The notes: generated by a model from the sequence alone, not told the origin. 64,000 nucleotides of DNA from Mycobacteriales bacterium (GCA_038237645.1 JBBRYN010000005.1:2026-66025), one strand, 5' to 3'. Shown: positions 20,285 to 30,861, counted from the stretch's first letter. Numbers and translations: made by a program.

Positions 20285-20402
20285 CGGCGTGGGTGGCGGT
20301 GGCCCCGCCGAAACGATGCCTGCACCGTGGCGACCACACAGTGCGCGAGCAAGTCGGCGAGGCGCATGTGGGCGAGGGCATGACGCGATAGCGTTACTGC
20401 GC

Positions 20403-20969
20403 ATGAGCGACCAATTCGCACCACCGCCGAGCAACGACCCCGGCCAGCCGCCCCGCCAGGACGGTTCGAGTACGCAGGATTTCCCCACGGCGCCGGAAGG
20501 CCCGGCACCGGCAGGCCCGGCACCGGCAGGCTTTCCGCCGCCGGCTGCCCAGCCGCCGCAGCCGGTCGGCTACTCCCCCGTCCCATCCGGCCACCAGCAA
20601 CCCGGCTACCAGCAGCCCGGCCCTTACTCCCCGATCGTCGGCCGCCCGCTGACCAGTGACGAGCGGATGTGGGCGATGCTCGCCCACCTGTCGATCCTCG
20701 CGCTGGGCATCATCGGGCCGATCGTGCTGATGGTGACCAAGGGAAACGAGTCGGCCTACATCCGCTACCACGCGGTCGAAGCGCTCAACCTGCACCTCAC
20801 TCTGCTGATCGTCGCCCTGGTCTGCCTCGTGACGTTCTTCCTCGTCGTGCCGCTCCTGCTGCTCGTCGCCGCCGAGATCGCCGCGATCATCCTGGGGTGC
20901 CTCGCCGCGGCGGCGGCAAACCGCGGGGAGCTCTACCGGTATCCAGTGACGCTGCGGATGGTGAGCTGA
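20403..20969 (+). CDS. DUF4870-like membrane protein with a Pro/Gln-rich N-terminus
   Basis: ATG 20403. The P/Q-rich tail is followed by [25 protein letters not shown]...[18 protein letters not shown], typical of the small 3-TM DUF4870 family. Confidence 0.65.
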   Translation: MSDQFAPPPSNDPGQPPRQDGSSTQDFPTAPEGPAPAGPAPAGFPPPAAQPPQPVGYSPVPSGHQQPGYQQPGPYSPIVGRPLTSDERMWAMLAHLSILALGIIGPIVLMVTKGNESAYIRYHAVEALNLHLTLLIVALVCLVTFFLVVPLLLLVAAEIAAIILGCLAAAAANRGELYRYPVTLRMVS

Positions 20970-20982
20970 CCCCTCGGTGGCC

Positions 20983-22203
20983 TCAGTCGACGAGCTCCCG
21001 GACGACCGCGTCGGCCAGGAGCCGGCCGCGCAACGTCAGCTGGGCCCGGCCGGCGGCCAGCCGGGCGCGATCGAGCAGCCCGTCCTCGGCCGCCCGCCAG
21101 GCGGCCCGGGTCCCGGCTGCCGACAGCTCCCCCAGTCGTAGGCCGGCGCGCAGCCGGATGCCGAGCAGCACCCGCTCGACCTGCCGCTGCGACTCGTCGA
21201 GCACTTCACGAGCTTGCGCGGGGGATGCGCCCCCCGCCAGTCGCTCGGCGTAGGCCACCGGGTGCCGGACGTTCCACCACCGGGTGCCGCCCACATGGCT
21301 GTGTGCGCCCGGACCGACCCCCCACCAGTCGCCGCCCTGCCAGTACAGCTCGTTGTGCCGGCACCGGGCGACATCGCCGACCGCCCAATTGGACACCTCG
21401 TACCAGCCCAGCCCGGCAGCGCTCAGGGTCCGCTCGGCCTGTTCGTAGCGCTCGGCCAGCACGTCGTCGTCGGGGGCGGGTACCCGTCCCGCGGCAACCT
21501 GCCGGGCCAGCCGGGTGCCGTCCTCGACCGTGAGGGCATAGGCCGACACATGGTCGACACCGGCGGCGACAGCCGCGTCCAGCGAGGCCTGCCAGTCCTG
21601 GTCGGTCTCCCCCGGCGTGCCGTAGATCAGATCGAGGTTGACGTGGCGGAAGCCGGCCCGGCGGGCGGCGGCCACTGCACCATCGGTGCGCCCGGGTGTG
21701 TGCCCGCGTTCGAGAACCGCCAGCACGTGCGGCCGGGCCGACTGCATCCCCAGCGACAACCGGGTGAACCCGCCGGCCATCAGTAGGTCGAGGTACCCGT
21801 CGTCGAGCGACTCGGGGTTGGCCTCCGTGCTCACCTCCGCATCCGGCGCCACCTGGAAGTGCCGGCGGACACCCTGCAACAACCCGACCAGGTCGGCTGC
21901 CGGTAGCAGCGTCGGCGTACCGCCGCCGAAGAAAACCGTCTGCACGGGCGGCACCCGGTCGCCCAGGACCTTGGCCGCGAGCGCAACCTCACGCAGCGCG
22001 GTCGCCGCGTAGGCGGCCGCCGACGCGCCGCCGCCGAGCTCTGTTGCCGTGTAGGTGTTGAAGTCGCAGTAGCCGCATCGGGTGGCGCAGAAGGGTACGT
22101 GGATGTAGAGGCCGAACCCGCGCCGGCCCAGCTCGCGGAGCGACCGGCCGGGGATCGACCCGTCGGCCGTCGCCGGCTCTCCGGGCAGCGGCTGGCTGGG
22201 CAT
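20983..22203 (-). CDS. hemW: radical SAM heme chaperone HemW (coproporphyrinogen III oxidase-like)
   Basis: LYIHVPFCATRCGYCDFNTY has the radical-SAM cysteine motif. 406 aa, including the HemN_C-like tail. Confidence 0.92.
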   Translation of the reverse strand: MPSQPLPGEPATADGSIPGRSLRELGRRGFGLYIHVPFCATRCGYCDFNTYTATELGGGASAAAYAATALREVALAAKVLGDRVPPVQTVFFGGGTPTLLPAADLVGLLQGVRRHFQVAPDAEVSTEANPESLDDGYLDLLMAGGFTRLSLGMQSARPHVLAVLERGHTPGRTDGAVAAARRAGFRHVNLDLIYGTPGETDQDWQASLDAAVAAGVDHVSAYALTVEDGTRLARQVAAGRVPAPDDDVLAERYEQAERTLSAAGLGWYEVSNWAVGDVARCRHNELYWQGGDWWGVGPGAHSHVGGTRWWNVRHPVAYAERLAGGASPAQAREVLDESQRQVERVLLGIRLRAGLRLGELSAAGTRAAWRAAEDGLLDRARLAAGRAQLTLRGRLLADAVVRELVD

Positions 22204-22240
22204 GCCACCATTGTGGGCGCTCTAGGGTCTCTAGGGTGAG

Positions 22241-23014
22241 GTGGTGAGCGCCGTCATCCATTCCCGGATCAGCTCCGGCGTGGGCACCCTGACGCTTGAC
22301 TCCCAACCCAACCGCAACGCGCTTTCGACGCGGTTGCTCGGCGAGCTGCTCGCGGCGTTGCAGGCTGCGCTGGCCGACCCAGCCGTCCGGGTCATCGTGC
22401 TCACCCACCTGGGCCGGGCCTTCTGCTCCGGCGCCGACCTCAAGGAGGCCCGTGGCGAGGCCACGGCGCACCCGGCCAGCGCCTTTCCGGACGTGCTCCA
22501 GGCACTCTGGGAGGCACCGAAGCCGGTGGTGGCCCGGGTGGCGGGCCCGGCGCGGGCCGGCGGCCTGGGGCTGCTTGGTGCCTGTGACGTCGTGGTGTGC
22601 GCCGACTCGGTCAGCTTCGCTTTCACCGAGGTCCGCCTCGGTGTCGTGCCCGCGATCATCTCGGCCAGCGTGCTGCCCCGGTTGGTCCCCCGTGCGGCGC
22701 AGGAGCTGTTCCTGACGGGTGAGACCTTCGACGCGCACCGTGCGGCGGAGATCGGCCTGGTAACGAGCGCCGTACCCGCAGACCGCCTCGACGACGAGGT
22801 GGACAGGTATGTCGGCCTGCTGCTGCGCGGCGCTCCGGCCGCACTCGCGGCCACCAAGGCCCTGCTACGGCGGCAGCCGGTTCCGCGGCCGCAGGCAGCA
22901 GATCTGGCCGAGCTCTCGGCCCTGTCCCTGCGCCATTTCACCGGGGTCGAGGGCCAGGAGGGGATGGCGGCGTTCGCCCAGAAGCGCGACCCTCCCTGGG
23001 TGGCCGGACAGTGA
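22241..23014 (+). CDS. enoyl-CoA hydratase/isomerase (crotonase) family protein
   Basis: LTLDSQPNRNALS...VIVLTHLGRAFCSGADLKE...PVVARVAGPARAGGLGLLGACDVVVCA...EGMAAFAQKRDPPW. Confidence 0.88.
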   Translation: MVSAVIHSRISSGVGTLTLDSQPNRNALSTRLLGELLAALQAALADPAVRVIVLTHLGRAFCSGADLKEARGEATAHPASAFPDVLQALWEAPKPVVARVAGPARAGGLGLLGACDVVVCADSVSFAFTEVRLGVVPAIISASVLPRLVPRAAQELFLTGETFDAHRAAEIGLVTSAVPADRLDDEVDRYVGLLLRGAPAALAATKALLRRQPVPRPQAADLAELSALSLRHFTGVEGQEGMAAFAQKRDPPWVAGQ

Positions 23015-23922
23015 GCGGGACGACGGCCCGCGCGGGTCGGCCTCGCCCCGATGCCCCCGCACCGGCCCGGCATCATGGGGCGGTGAGCCTCCGGATCCGC
23101 CTGGTCGTCGCGCTGGTCGTGGCGATCGCCGTCGCCGCGGCGCTGGCCTTCGCCGGGGCCAGCGTGGCCAAGTGGGCGCGGCCGGCGCGATTCGCACCAC
23201 CCGACGAGTGCGTGATCAACGCGCTGGGCCTCTCCGTCGCACTCGAACCGGAACAGGCCACCAACGCCGCGACGATAGCGGCAGTCGGGCTGCGCCGCGG
23301 CCTGCCACCGCACGCGGTGACCGTGGCGCTGGCAACGGCGCTGCAGGAGTCCAAGCTGCGCAACCTGGACCACGGCGACATGGACTCGCTCGGCCTGTTC
23401 CAGCAGCGCCCGTCCCAGGGCTGGGGCACCCCGAGGCAGATCATGGATCCGCGTTACGCCGCCAACCGCTTCTACGCCCGGCTCGCGCGCGTTCCCGGCT
23501 GGCAGGCGTTGCCGGTGGCCGAGGCGGCGCAGCGGGTCCAGCGCAGCGCTGACGGGGCCGCCTACGCCATCTGGGAGGGGCAGGCCCGATCACTTGCCGA
23601 AGGGCTCTCCGGCCGGGCCGGGGCCGCCGTCAGCTGCCGCATCCAGCACGCGGCCGGCGACCCGGCCACCCTGGCCGGCGAACTGCGCATCGACTACGGC
23701 GGGCATCCGGTCGACCACCCGATCGTGGATCCGGTCCGCGGCTGGGCAATCGCCGGCTGGCTGGTGACGCACGCCCGCAAGCACCGGCTGGTTCAGGTGA
23801 GCTACCTGGGACACACGTGGCAGGCCTCGACCGGCCACTGGGCCAAGTCTGTGCAAGCCGGGGCGGCCGACCGCAGGGTGCGCTATGTCGTCCGGCCGGT
23901 GTCCGCCACGCGGGCGCGCTGA
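23011..23922 (+). CDS. membrane-anchored hypothetical protein with an SLT/lysozyme-like motif pattern
   Basis: The GTG overlaps the crotonase stop (GTGA). One N-terminal TM helix. ALATALQESKLRNLDHGDMDSLGLFQQRPSQGWG resembles the ES...GLxQ pattern of lytic transglycosylase folds. This is a by-eye inference only. Confidence 0.5.
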   Translation: MSGTTARAGRPRPDAPAPARHHGAVSLRIRLVVALVVAIAVAAALAFAGASVAKWARPARFAPPDECVINALGLSVALEPEQATNAATIAAVGLRRGLPPHAVTVALATALQESKLRNLDHGDMDSLGLFQQRPSQGWGTPRQIMDPRYAANRFYARLARVPGWQALPVAEAAQRVQRSADGAAYAIWEGQARSLAEGLSGRAGAAVSCRIQHAAGDPATLAGELRIDYGGHPVDHPIVDPVRGWAIAGWLVTHARKHRLVQVSYLGHTWQASTGHWAKSVQAGAADRRVRYVVRPVSATRAR

Positions 23923-24551
23923 CGGTCCAGCACCTGGCGCGCCCAGGTATGCCATGCCGCCGGCAACTGGGCGGCCTCGAGCAACCCGGGGACGAGGTCC
24001 TTGCGGCCGGTCCGCGCGGCGAACGCGTCGGCAAGGGTGACCCCGTGCTCCGGTCGATCGACGACCTCGATCGGGTCGTCCGCGCCGACCTCCCCCGAGG
24101 TCACCACCCGTAGGTAAGCTCCCGGCCGGCCGCGAGCGACGAACCGCTTGATCAGGTCGGGTACGTCCCAGAATCCGGCGAAAACCTTGCAGGGGATACG
24201 CGGCTCCGACACCTCGAACACGGCATCGCCGATGCACCAGCGCTCGCCGATGAGTGCGGCGTTGACGTCGAGGCCCGCCGTCGTGAGGTTTTCGCCGAAG
24301 GCACCTGGGGGGAGCAGCCGGCCCACTTCCGTCTCCCACCAGCTGGCATCCTCGCGCGCGTAGGCGTAGGCAGCCTTGTCGACGCCACCGTGCGAGGGGT
24401 GAACCTGCTCGTCGCCGGTGACGCCGAGCGGGTGAACGGCGACCCGTCCGGCGACCGGGCGCTTGTCAATCGCTGTCCGGCCGGACGGCTCGTTGCCGTA
24501 AGGAACACGGACTGCCCGACCAGCGTTGACGGACAGGAGTCGAGCGGTCAT
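23883..24551 (-). CDS. MOSC domain-containing protein
   Basis: LLSVNAG...IDKRPV...GVTGDEQ...[10 protein letters not shown]...GAFGENLT...[20 protein letters not shown]. The ATG overlaps the lepA stop (ATGA). Confidence 0.85.
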   Translation of the reverse strand: MTARLLSVNAGRAVRVPYGNEPSGRTAIDKRPVAGRVAVHPLGVTGDEQVHPSHGGVDKAAYAYAREDASWWETEVGRLLPPGAFGENLTTAGLDVNAALIGERWCIGDAVFEVSEPRIPCKVFAGFWDVPDLIKRFVARGRPGAYLRVVTSGEVGADDPIEVVDRPEHGVTLADAFAARTGRKDLVPGLLEAAQLPAAWHTWARQVLDRQRARVADTGRTT

Positions 24552-26350
24552 CGGGCTTCGATGTCGCTAGTGGACAGTGCAGCGATGAATGCCTCCTGCG
24601 GCACCTCCACCCGGCCGATCGTCTTCATCCGGCGCTTGCCCTCCTTCTGCTTTTCGAGCAACTTGCGTTTGCGGGTGATGTCACCGCCGTAGCACTTGGC
24701 GAGGACGTCCTTGCGGATGGCCCGGATGTTTTCCCGGGCGATGACCCGCGAGCCGATCGCCGCCTGGATCGGCACCTCGAACTGCTGCCGCGGGATCAGC
24801 TTGCGCAGCTTGCCCGTCATCGCCGTGCCGTAGGCGTACGCCTTGTCCTTGTGCACGATGGAGCTGAACGCGTCGACCGGCTCGCCCTGCAGCAGGATGT
24901 CGACCTTCACCAAGTCGGCGACTGCATCTCCGGCGGGTTCGTAGTCGAGGCTGGCATAGCCCCTGGTGCGTGACTTGAGCTGATCGAAGAAGTCGAAGAT
25001 TATCTCGCCGAGCGGTAGCGTGTAGCGCAGCTCGACCCGGGACTCGGACAGGTAGTCCATGCCCTGCAGGGCGCCACGCCGCGACTGACAGAGCTCCATG
25101 ATCGCCCCGATGTATTCGCTCGGCGCGATGACCATGGCCTTGACGACGGGCTCACGCACGTCGGCGATCTTGCTCCCGGGCCAGTCGCTGGGGTTGGTGA
25201 CGGTGATCACCGCACCGTCCTCCATCGCCACCGTGTAGACGACGTTGGGAGCCGTGGAGATCAGGGTCAGGCCGAATTCGCGCTCGAGCCGCTCGCGGAC
25301 GATTTCCATGTGCAGCAGGCCGAGGAAGCCACAGCGGAAGCCGAATCCCAGCGCGGCCGAGGTCTCCGGCTCGTAGACCAGCGCCGCGTCGTTGAGCTGC
25401 AGCTTGTCGAGAGCGTCGCGCAACTCGGGATACTCCGACCCGTCGACCGGGTAGAGGCCCGAATAGACCATCGGCAACGGATCGCGATAGCCGCTGAGGG
25501 CCACCGTGGCCGCGCCCTTCTCGGTGGTCAGGGTGTCGCCCACCCGGGCCTGCCGGACGTTCTTGACCCCTGGGATGACATAGCCGACCTCGCCGACCCC
25601 GAGCAGTTCGCGGGGCTTGGGCTCGGGGGAGATGACGCCAACCTCCAGCACCTCGTGGGCGTTGCGGCTGGACATCATCAGCCCACGGTCGCGAGTGGTC
25701 AGGTGCCCGTCGACCACCCGTACATAGGAGATGACACCGCGATAGGCGTCGTAGACGCTGTCGAAGATGAGCGCCCGCAGTGGGGCGTCCGGGCTCCCGG
25801 AGGGAGCGGGCACGGCGGCCACGATCTTGTCGAGGAGGTCGCGAACGCCCTCGCCGGTCTTGGCGCTGACCCGGAGCACGTCGTCCGGCGCGCAGCCGAT
25901 GATGTGCGCGATCTCCGCCGCGTAGCGGTCCGGTTGAGCGGCCGGCAGGTCGATCTTGTTGAGCACCGGAATCACCTGCAGGTCGTTGTCCAGGGCCAGG
26001 TAGAGGTTGGCCAGCGTCTGCGCCTCGATGCCCTGCGCCGCATCGACCAGCAGCACCGCGCCCTCGCAGGCGGCTAGGGAACGGGAGACCTCGTAGGTGA
26101 AGTCGACGTGCCCCGGGGTGTCGATGAGGTTGAGCACGTGCCCGTCCCAGGGCAGCCGGACGGCTTGGGCCTTGATGGTGATCCCGCGCTCTCGCTCGAT
26201 GTCCATCCGGTCGAGGTATTGCGCCCGCATCTGCCGCACGTCGATGACGCCGGTCAACTCCAGCATCCGGTCGGCCAGCGTCGACTTGCCGTGGTCGATG
26301 TGGGCGATGATGCAGAAATTCCGGATCCGGGCAGGATCGGTGTAGGGCAC
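24548..26350 (-). CDS. lepA: translation elongation factor 4 (LepA)
   Basis: [40 protein letters not shown] and the LepA-specific C-terminus ...[22 protein letters not shown]. Confidence 0.97.
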   Translation of the reverse strand: MPYTDPARIRNFCIIAHIDHGKSTLADRMLELTGVIDVRQMRAQYLDRMDIERERGITIKAQAVRLPWDGHVLNLIDTPGHVDFTYEVSRSLAACEGAVLLVDAAQGIEAQTLANLYLALDNDLQVIPVLNKIDLPAAQPDRYAAEIAHIIGCAPDDVLRVSAKTGEGVRDLLDKIVAAVPAPSGSPDAPLRALIFDSVYDAYRGVISYVRVVDGHLTTRDRGLMMSSRNAHEVLEVGVISPEPKPRELLGVGEVGYVIPGVKNVRQARVGDTLTTEKGAATVALSGYRDPLPMVYSGLYPVDGSEYPELRDALDKLQLNDAALVYEPETSAALGFGFRCGFLGLLHMEIVRERLEREFGLTLISTAPNVVYTVAMEDGAVITVTNPSDWPGSKIADVREPVVKAMVIAPSEYIGAIMELCQSRRGALQGMDYLSESRVELRYTLPLGEIIFDFFDQLKSRTRGYASLDYEPAGDAVADLVKVDILLQGEPVDAFSSIVHKDKAYAYGTAMTGKLRKLIPRQQFEVPIQAAIGSRVIARENIRAIRKDVLAKCYGGDITRKRKLLEKQKEGKRRMKTIGRVEVPQEAFIAALSTSDIEAR

Positions 26351-26479
26351 GTAGTCAGGTCTCTCTCAGGTACGCCATGGGGTGATCCTCATCGTCGCAT
26401 GCCGGTCGCCCCAGCCCTGTCCATGAGCCGGCTTCAGCCACGGCCGCACCGAGGACGTTGCCGGCCAGGCTCGGCGGCT

Positions 26480-26508
26480 TTGAGCGTGTGACAACCCGCT
26501 GGTACCCT
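26480..26508 (+). promoter_or_regulatory. candidate sigma-A promoter of rpsT
   Basis: TTGAGC, a 17-nt spacer, then TACCCT (fits the actinobacterial TANNNT -10), about 75 nt upstream of the rpsT GTG. By eye only. Confidence 0.35.
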
Positions 26509-26582
26509 GTGGGGACGACGCGGCACGACCCGCAACGCGGGCGCCGCCCTGCCCATCCCCGACAGTTTTCGAGGCCTCGCGC

Positions 26583-26843
26583 GTGGCGAACATCAAGTCC
26601 CAGATCAAGCGCAACCGGACCAACGAGCAAGCCCGAGTACGCAACAAGTCGGTGCGCTCGTCGGTCAAGACAGCGGTGCGCCGCTTCCGCGACGCCGCCG
26701 CCGCAGGTGACGCCGACGCGGCAGCGGCCGAGCTTCGGGTCGCCGGTCGCGCCTTGGACAAGGCCGCGAGCAAGGGCGTGATCCACCCCAACCAGGCGGC
26801 GAACAAGAAGTCGGCCATGGCACGCCGGGTCGGCGCGCTCTAG
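26583..26843 (+). CDS. rpsT: 30S ribosomal protein S20
   Basis: [33 protein letters not shown]...[19 protein letters not shown] start. Confidence 0.96.
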   Translation: MANIKSQIKRNRTNEQARVRNKSVRSSVKTAVRRFRDAAAAGDADAAAAELRVAGRALDKAASKGVIHPNQAANKKSAMARRVGAL

Positions 26844-27415
26844 CGGTCGCGGTTAAGCGAGTCGGCCGCCAGCTTCTCCGAGAGCAAGTCACGAGACGTC
26901 GGCTTGCAGGGTGCCTTTCCCGGCCGTGAACCGGTCGGCGGGCCGGAGGCCTCCGGCGGGGTGATCCCGGACCGCTCCGGTGGCACTCGCCGCTGCTGAG
27001 CGGCCCATTGCTGCTGGGTCGCCCACTGCTGGGTCGCCCACTGCTGGTCTGCGACCCGCTGCTGCTCAGCGACCCGCTGTTGCTCAGCGACCCAGTGCTG
27101 TTGTGTGACCCGCGGCTGCTGCGCCAATCCCTGCTGCCGGGCGAACCCCTGCTGTGCTACTTGCGGCTGCGCCCGCGCTGGTCGTCTCGGCCGGGCCAAG
27201 GCACCGGCCACCACGTCGTTCATCTTCACCGCTGCCGCCACGGCCACCGGGAGCACGATCACCACCCAGGGATTGACCAGCATGGCCAGCGCAAGCAGTC
27301 CGGACAGCACCAGCGTGCCCTCCAGGAAGAGGAAGCAGCTCACCACGCCGGGCTTGATGTGCTTGAGTCGGAGCATGCGCGCGTAGAAGGGCGGGCGCGC
27401 CGGGTCGGTCTTCAC
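26840..27415 (-). CDS. membrane protein with a Gln-rich tandem-repeat tail (hypothetical)
   Basis: The GTG at 27415 overlaps the holA stop (GTGA). Two TM helices are followed by [48 protein letters not shown]. The stop overlaps the rpsT stop (CTAG). Confidence 0.6.
   Translation of the reverse strand: MKTDPARPPFYARMLRLKHIKPGVVSCFLFLEGTLVLSGLLALAMLVNPWVVIVLPVAVAAAVKMNDVVAGALARPRRPARAQPQVAQQGFARQQGLAQQPRVTQQHWVAEQQRVAEQQRVADQQWATQQWATQQQWAAQQRRVPPERSGITPPEASGPPTGSRPGKAPCKPTSRDLLSEKLAADSLNRDR
27008..27160 (-). repeat. in-frame 15/18-nt tandem repeats encoding QQ(W/R)(A/V)(T/E) units
   Basis: The plus strand shows CTGCTGGGTCGCCCA twice (27011-27040). This is followed by CCGCTGCTGCTCAGCGAC / CCGCTGTTGCTCAGCGAC / CCAGTGCTGTTGTGTGAC / CCGCGGCTGCTGCGCCAA with an 18-nt period. 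Confidence 0.8.
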
Positions 27416-28377
27416 GACCGCATCCGTTCAGCGGCAACGGCCAGCACTGCCCGCTCGAGTGCATACCTCGGGTCGCCGGCAACGCCCTTCACATCGGCGT
27501 TGAGGTCCGCCGCCAACCCCATGGCGCGGCCGAGACTGTCAGCGGACCATCGACGGGCCTGGCGTTGAGCCCGCTCCACCTTCCACACCGGCAGCTTCAG
27601 GGCCGCGGCGAGGGCGTAGCCGTTGGCCTGGCGGACGGCGGCTACCCGGGACACCGTACGGATGCCGTCGGCAACGGCATCGGCAATCGGCACCGGGTCG
27701 ACACCCAGCGAGAGAGCCCACCGCAGCAGCGACAATGCCCCGGCGACATCGCCCACGAGGGCATGGTCGGCGACGGCGAACCCCGTCACCTCGGCCCGGC
27801 CCCGGTGGCAGCGGGCGACTGCCGCGACATCGACCGCGCCTCCGGTGTCGCTGACCAACTGCGCGCAGGCGGAAGACAGCTCTCGCAGGTCGGCACCCAC
27901 AGCGTCGAGAAGCGCCTGTGCGGCGGCCTCGTCGATGGACCCACCGGCCCCACGCACCTCCTCGCGCACGAAACTCAGCCGCTCGGACGGGCGCCGCAGC
28001 CTGGCGCACAATACGACCACCGCGCCGGCCTTGGTCAGGCTGTCGGCCAGACCCTTGCCCTTGGCCCCGCCGGCGTGGGTCACGACCAGCGTGACTTCGG
28101 CAGGGAGATCGGCGGCCTGGGCGAGCAGTGCAGCGGCGACGTCCTTGGTCGCGTCCTGGCCGTCGCGAACGACGACCACCCGCCGGCCGCCGAACAAGGA
28201 TGGGCTGAGCAACTCGGCCAGCCCGCCCGCGGTGATCTCGGCGGCAGGCAGGTCGTGCACTTCCGCGTCGGGGTCGGCTGCCCGGGCGGCGGACAGCACC
28301 GCTGTGACCGCCCGTGCCACCAGCAGTTCCTCGTCGCCGGCGACGAGGCGCAGTGGCGCGAGCAGGTCAGACGGCAT
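27412..28377 (-). CDS. holA: DNA polymerase III subunit delta (HolA)
   Basis: The C-terminal 321 aa of the 1149-aa ORF, from ATG 28377: MPSDLLAPLRLVAGDEELLVARAV...LFGGRRVVVVRDGQD...LVVTHAGGAKGKGL...LSFVREEVR...AQALLDAVGADLRELSSACAQL. It holds the conserved position next to rpsT. Confidence 0.85.
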   Translation of the reverse strand: MPSDLLAPLRLVAGDEELLVARAVTAVLSAARAADPDAEVHDLPAAEITAGGLAELLSPSLFGGRRVVVVRDGQDATKDVAAALLAQAADLPAEVTLVVTHAGGAKGKGLADSLTKAGAVVVLCARLRRPSERLSFVREEVRGAGGSIDEAAAQALLDAVGADLRELSSACAQLVSDTGGAVDVAAVARCHRGRAEVTGFAVADHALVGDVAGALSLLRWALSLGVDPVPIADAVADGIRTVSRVAAVRQANGYALAAALKLPVWKVERAQRQARRWSADSLGRAMGLAADLNADVKGVAGDPRYALERAVLAVAAERMRS

Positions 28378-30861
28378 GGCGCCTATCGTCGCATGACTCC
28401 GCCCCGGTGGCTCCCCCGCCGGAAGGGTCTTTTGTGGACATCCCGCGGGACGAGCCACGAGTCTTGAGTGGCGGCCTGTGACGACAAGTGACGGACCAGT
28501 TGCGACAGGTGGCGATCGGCCCCCTTGCCTGCGGATGCCGCGGCTGCGGGTCTGCTGCCCACCGCCCGCGACCACGTACAACTTGCCCGCCCGAACCGCC
28601 ACCGCGAGATCACCGTCGCGATCGGTACGCCCGATCAGCGCGCCCAACCGCTGCATCCGCGCCAGCACGGACGGTGAGGGATGGCCGTAAGGGTTGCCGG
28701 CTCCAACCGAGACGAGCGCCGCCAGTGGGCGAACCCGATCAACGAAACGCGGATCACCATGGGCCGATCCGTGGTGTGGGACCTTGAGGACATCGGCGCG
28801 CAAGTCGTCACCGCTGGCGAGCAGGGCATCTTGTGCCTCGATCTCCGCGTCACCGGCCAGTAGCAGTGTGCGACCGGCAACGCGCACCCGCAGCACGATG
28901 GAGCTGTTGTTGGGATCGGACCGGGTGCCGTGGAACGCCGCGAACGGACCCAGCTCCTCGAGTTGGACGGCACCGATGTTGCGACGGCCCCCCACGCGGG
29001 ACGGCAGCACGGCGATGCCGGCCACGTGCGCTTGACGTTCGAGCTCGACCCAGGCATGCGCCGGCTCGTGCGACGGCCCCACCTCGATCGCGGCGACAGT
29101 CCGGCCGCGCAGGACGCCAGCCAAGCCCCCGATGTGGTCCACGTGCAGGTGCGAGATGACCAACAGCGGGATTCGCCGGATACCGAGCCGGCGCAGGCAA
29201 CGGTCGGCCCCGACCGGATCAGGTCCGGTGTCGACCACCACCGCCGTCTGGGGCCCTGCGTTGAGCACCAGTTCGTCGCCCTGCCCAACATCGCAGGCGA
29301 CCATCACCCAGCCTGCCGGCGGCCAGCCTGGCGCAACAGCACGCAACGGCAGCACCACGACTGCGAAGACGCAGCCGGCGCACAGTGCGACTCGCCGCAC
29401 GCTGGGGACCCGGGCGATCAGGAGCCCCCCGCAGAGGAAGCCGGCCAGCACGAGCCCGCCGATCGGTCCGGCCGGCCAAGGCACCGATCCGCCGTCCACC
29501 CGTGCGCCGTGCTCGGCCACCGCGACGAGCCAGGCGGTCGGCACTCCGGCGATCCGGGCCAGCCCGGCCGCCGCCTGTGGCCACACTCCCGATAGGACGG
29601 TCGCCCCGATACCCAGCAGGGTGGCGGGCGCGACAGCAGGGACGGCGAGCAGGTTGGCCGGCACGGCGACGAGGCCCACTTGCCCGCCGAGGGCCGCCAG
29701 CACCGGCGCGCAGGCGACCTGGGCGGCTGCCGGCACGGACAGGGCGGCCGCGACAGCCCGCGGCAGCCCCCGGCGCTGCAAGGCGTCGCGCCAGGGTGGC
29801 GCGAGGACGAGCAAGCCGGCAGTGGCGAGCACTGACAGCGCAAAGCCGGCCGATCCGGCCAGCGCCGGGTCGAGGAGCACGAGCACCAGCACTGTCGCGC
29901 AGAGACCGGGGAGCGCCGCGCCGACCCGGCCGATTGCCAGTGCGAGCAATGCCAGGGCCCCCATCACCGCGGCTCGCAGGACGCTCGGCGAAGGCCTTGC
30001 CAGCACGACGAATCCGATGAGCGCCGCGGCCGCGAGCACTGCCGCCGCGCGAGGCCCGGCCCTGAACCGACGGGCCAGCAGCAGCACCGCGCCGCAGACG
30101 ACGGCACAGTTGGTGCCGCTGACGGCGACCAGATGGGTCAAACCGGTGGTGCGGAAGTCGGCTGCCACGGCGGGATCGAGCCCCGTGGTGTCGCCGATCA
30201 CCAGACCCGGCAGCAGGCCACGCTCCTTGGCCGGCAAGCCGCTGCAAGCTGTCCGCAGACCCGACCGCAGCCGGCCGGCAAGGCGCTGCAACCGCGAGGG
30301 CGCCCCTGTGGCCGTCGGTGGACCGCGTGCCGACAGCACCGCAACCGTGAGGTCGCCCGGCCCGGCGATTCCTAGCCGTCCCTCGGCCAGCACCCGTTGG
30401 CTGGGCAGGAGCCGGGCCCACTTCCGATCGCTGGCCAGCACCAGGAGTCGGCCGCCGACCGCGAGAGTTCGGCCGGCCGCCGTTACCTCGACGGCCCGAG
30501 CCGCGACCGATAACTGCGGCGGGCCGAACGCCGGTCGCCGGCCGACGGGCCGGGCATCGTCGGTCACCACCAGGGCGACAGTGACGGCCGCGTGCTGCCG
30601 TCCCAGCGCCGCAAGTGGGTTGGTGTCCCGCGACCAGACCCGCAGCCCGGTGCCCGCGGCACCGGCGGCGACGCCGAGCAGCACCAGAGCCAGGGCAGCA
30701 GACCCCGGCCACCGGACGGCCGCAACGACGACGAGGCCGATCAGGGAAGCTGCCGCAACGATGGCGGCGACATGGGCGCGCTGACCGAGGCAGGCCAGCG
30801 TGACCAGCCAGGCGCCGCCTGCTGCACCGCCGAGGCGCAGATCCAGCCCCTGTCCGATCAC
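28378..30861 (-). CDS. comEC: ComEC/Rec2 DNA internalization channel; no stop codon of its own, and the frame continues into holA to the stop at 27412
   Basis: Polytopic N-terminal region, a competence domain, and a metallo-beta-lactamase domain (VACDVGQGDELVL...VISHLHVDHIGGL...LLAGDAE...KVPHHGS...VSVGAGNPYGHPS...TDRDGDLAV). The GTG at 30861 overlaps the comEA stop (GTGA). The last ~65 codons before holA are low-complexity and R/G/P-rich. Confidence 0.85.
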
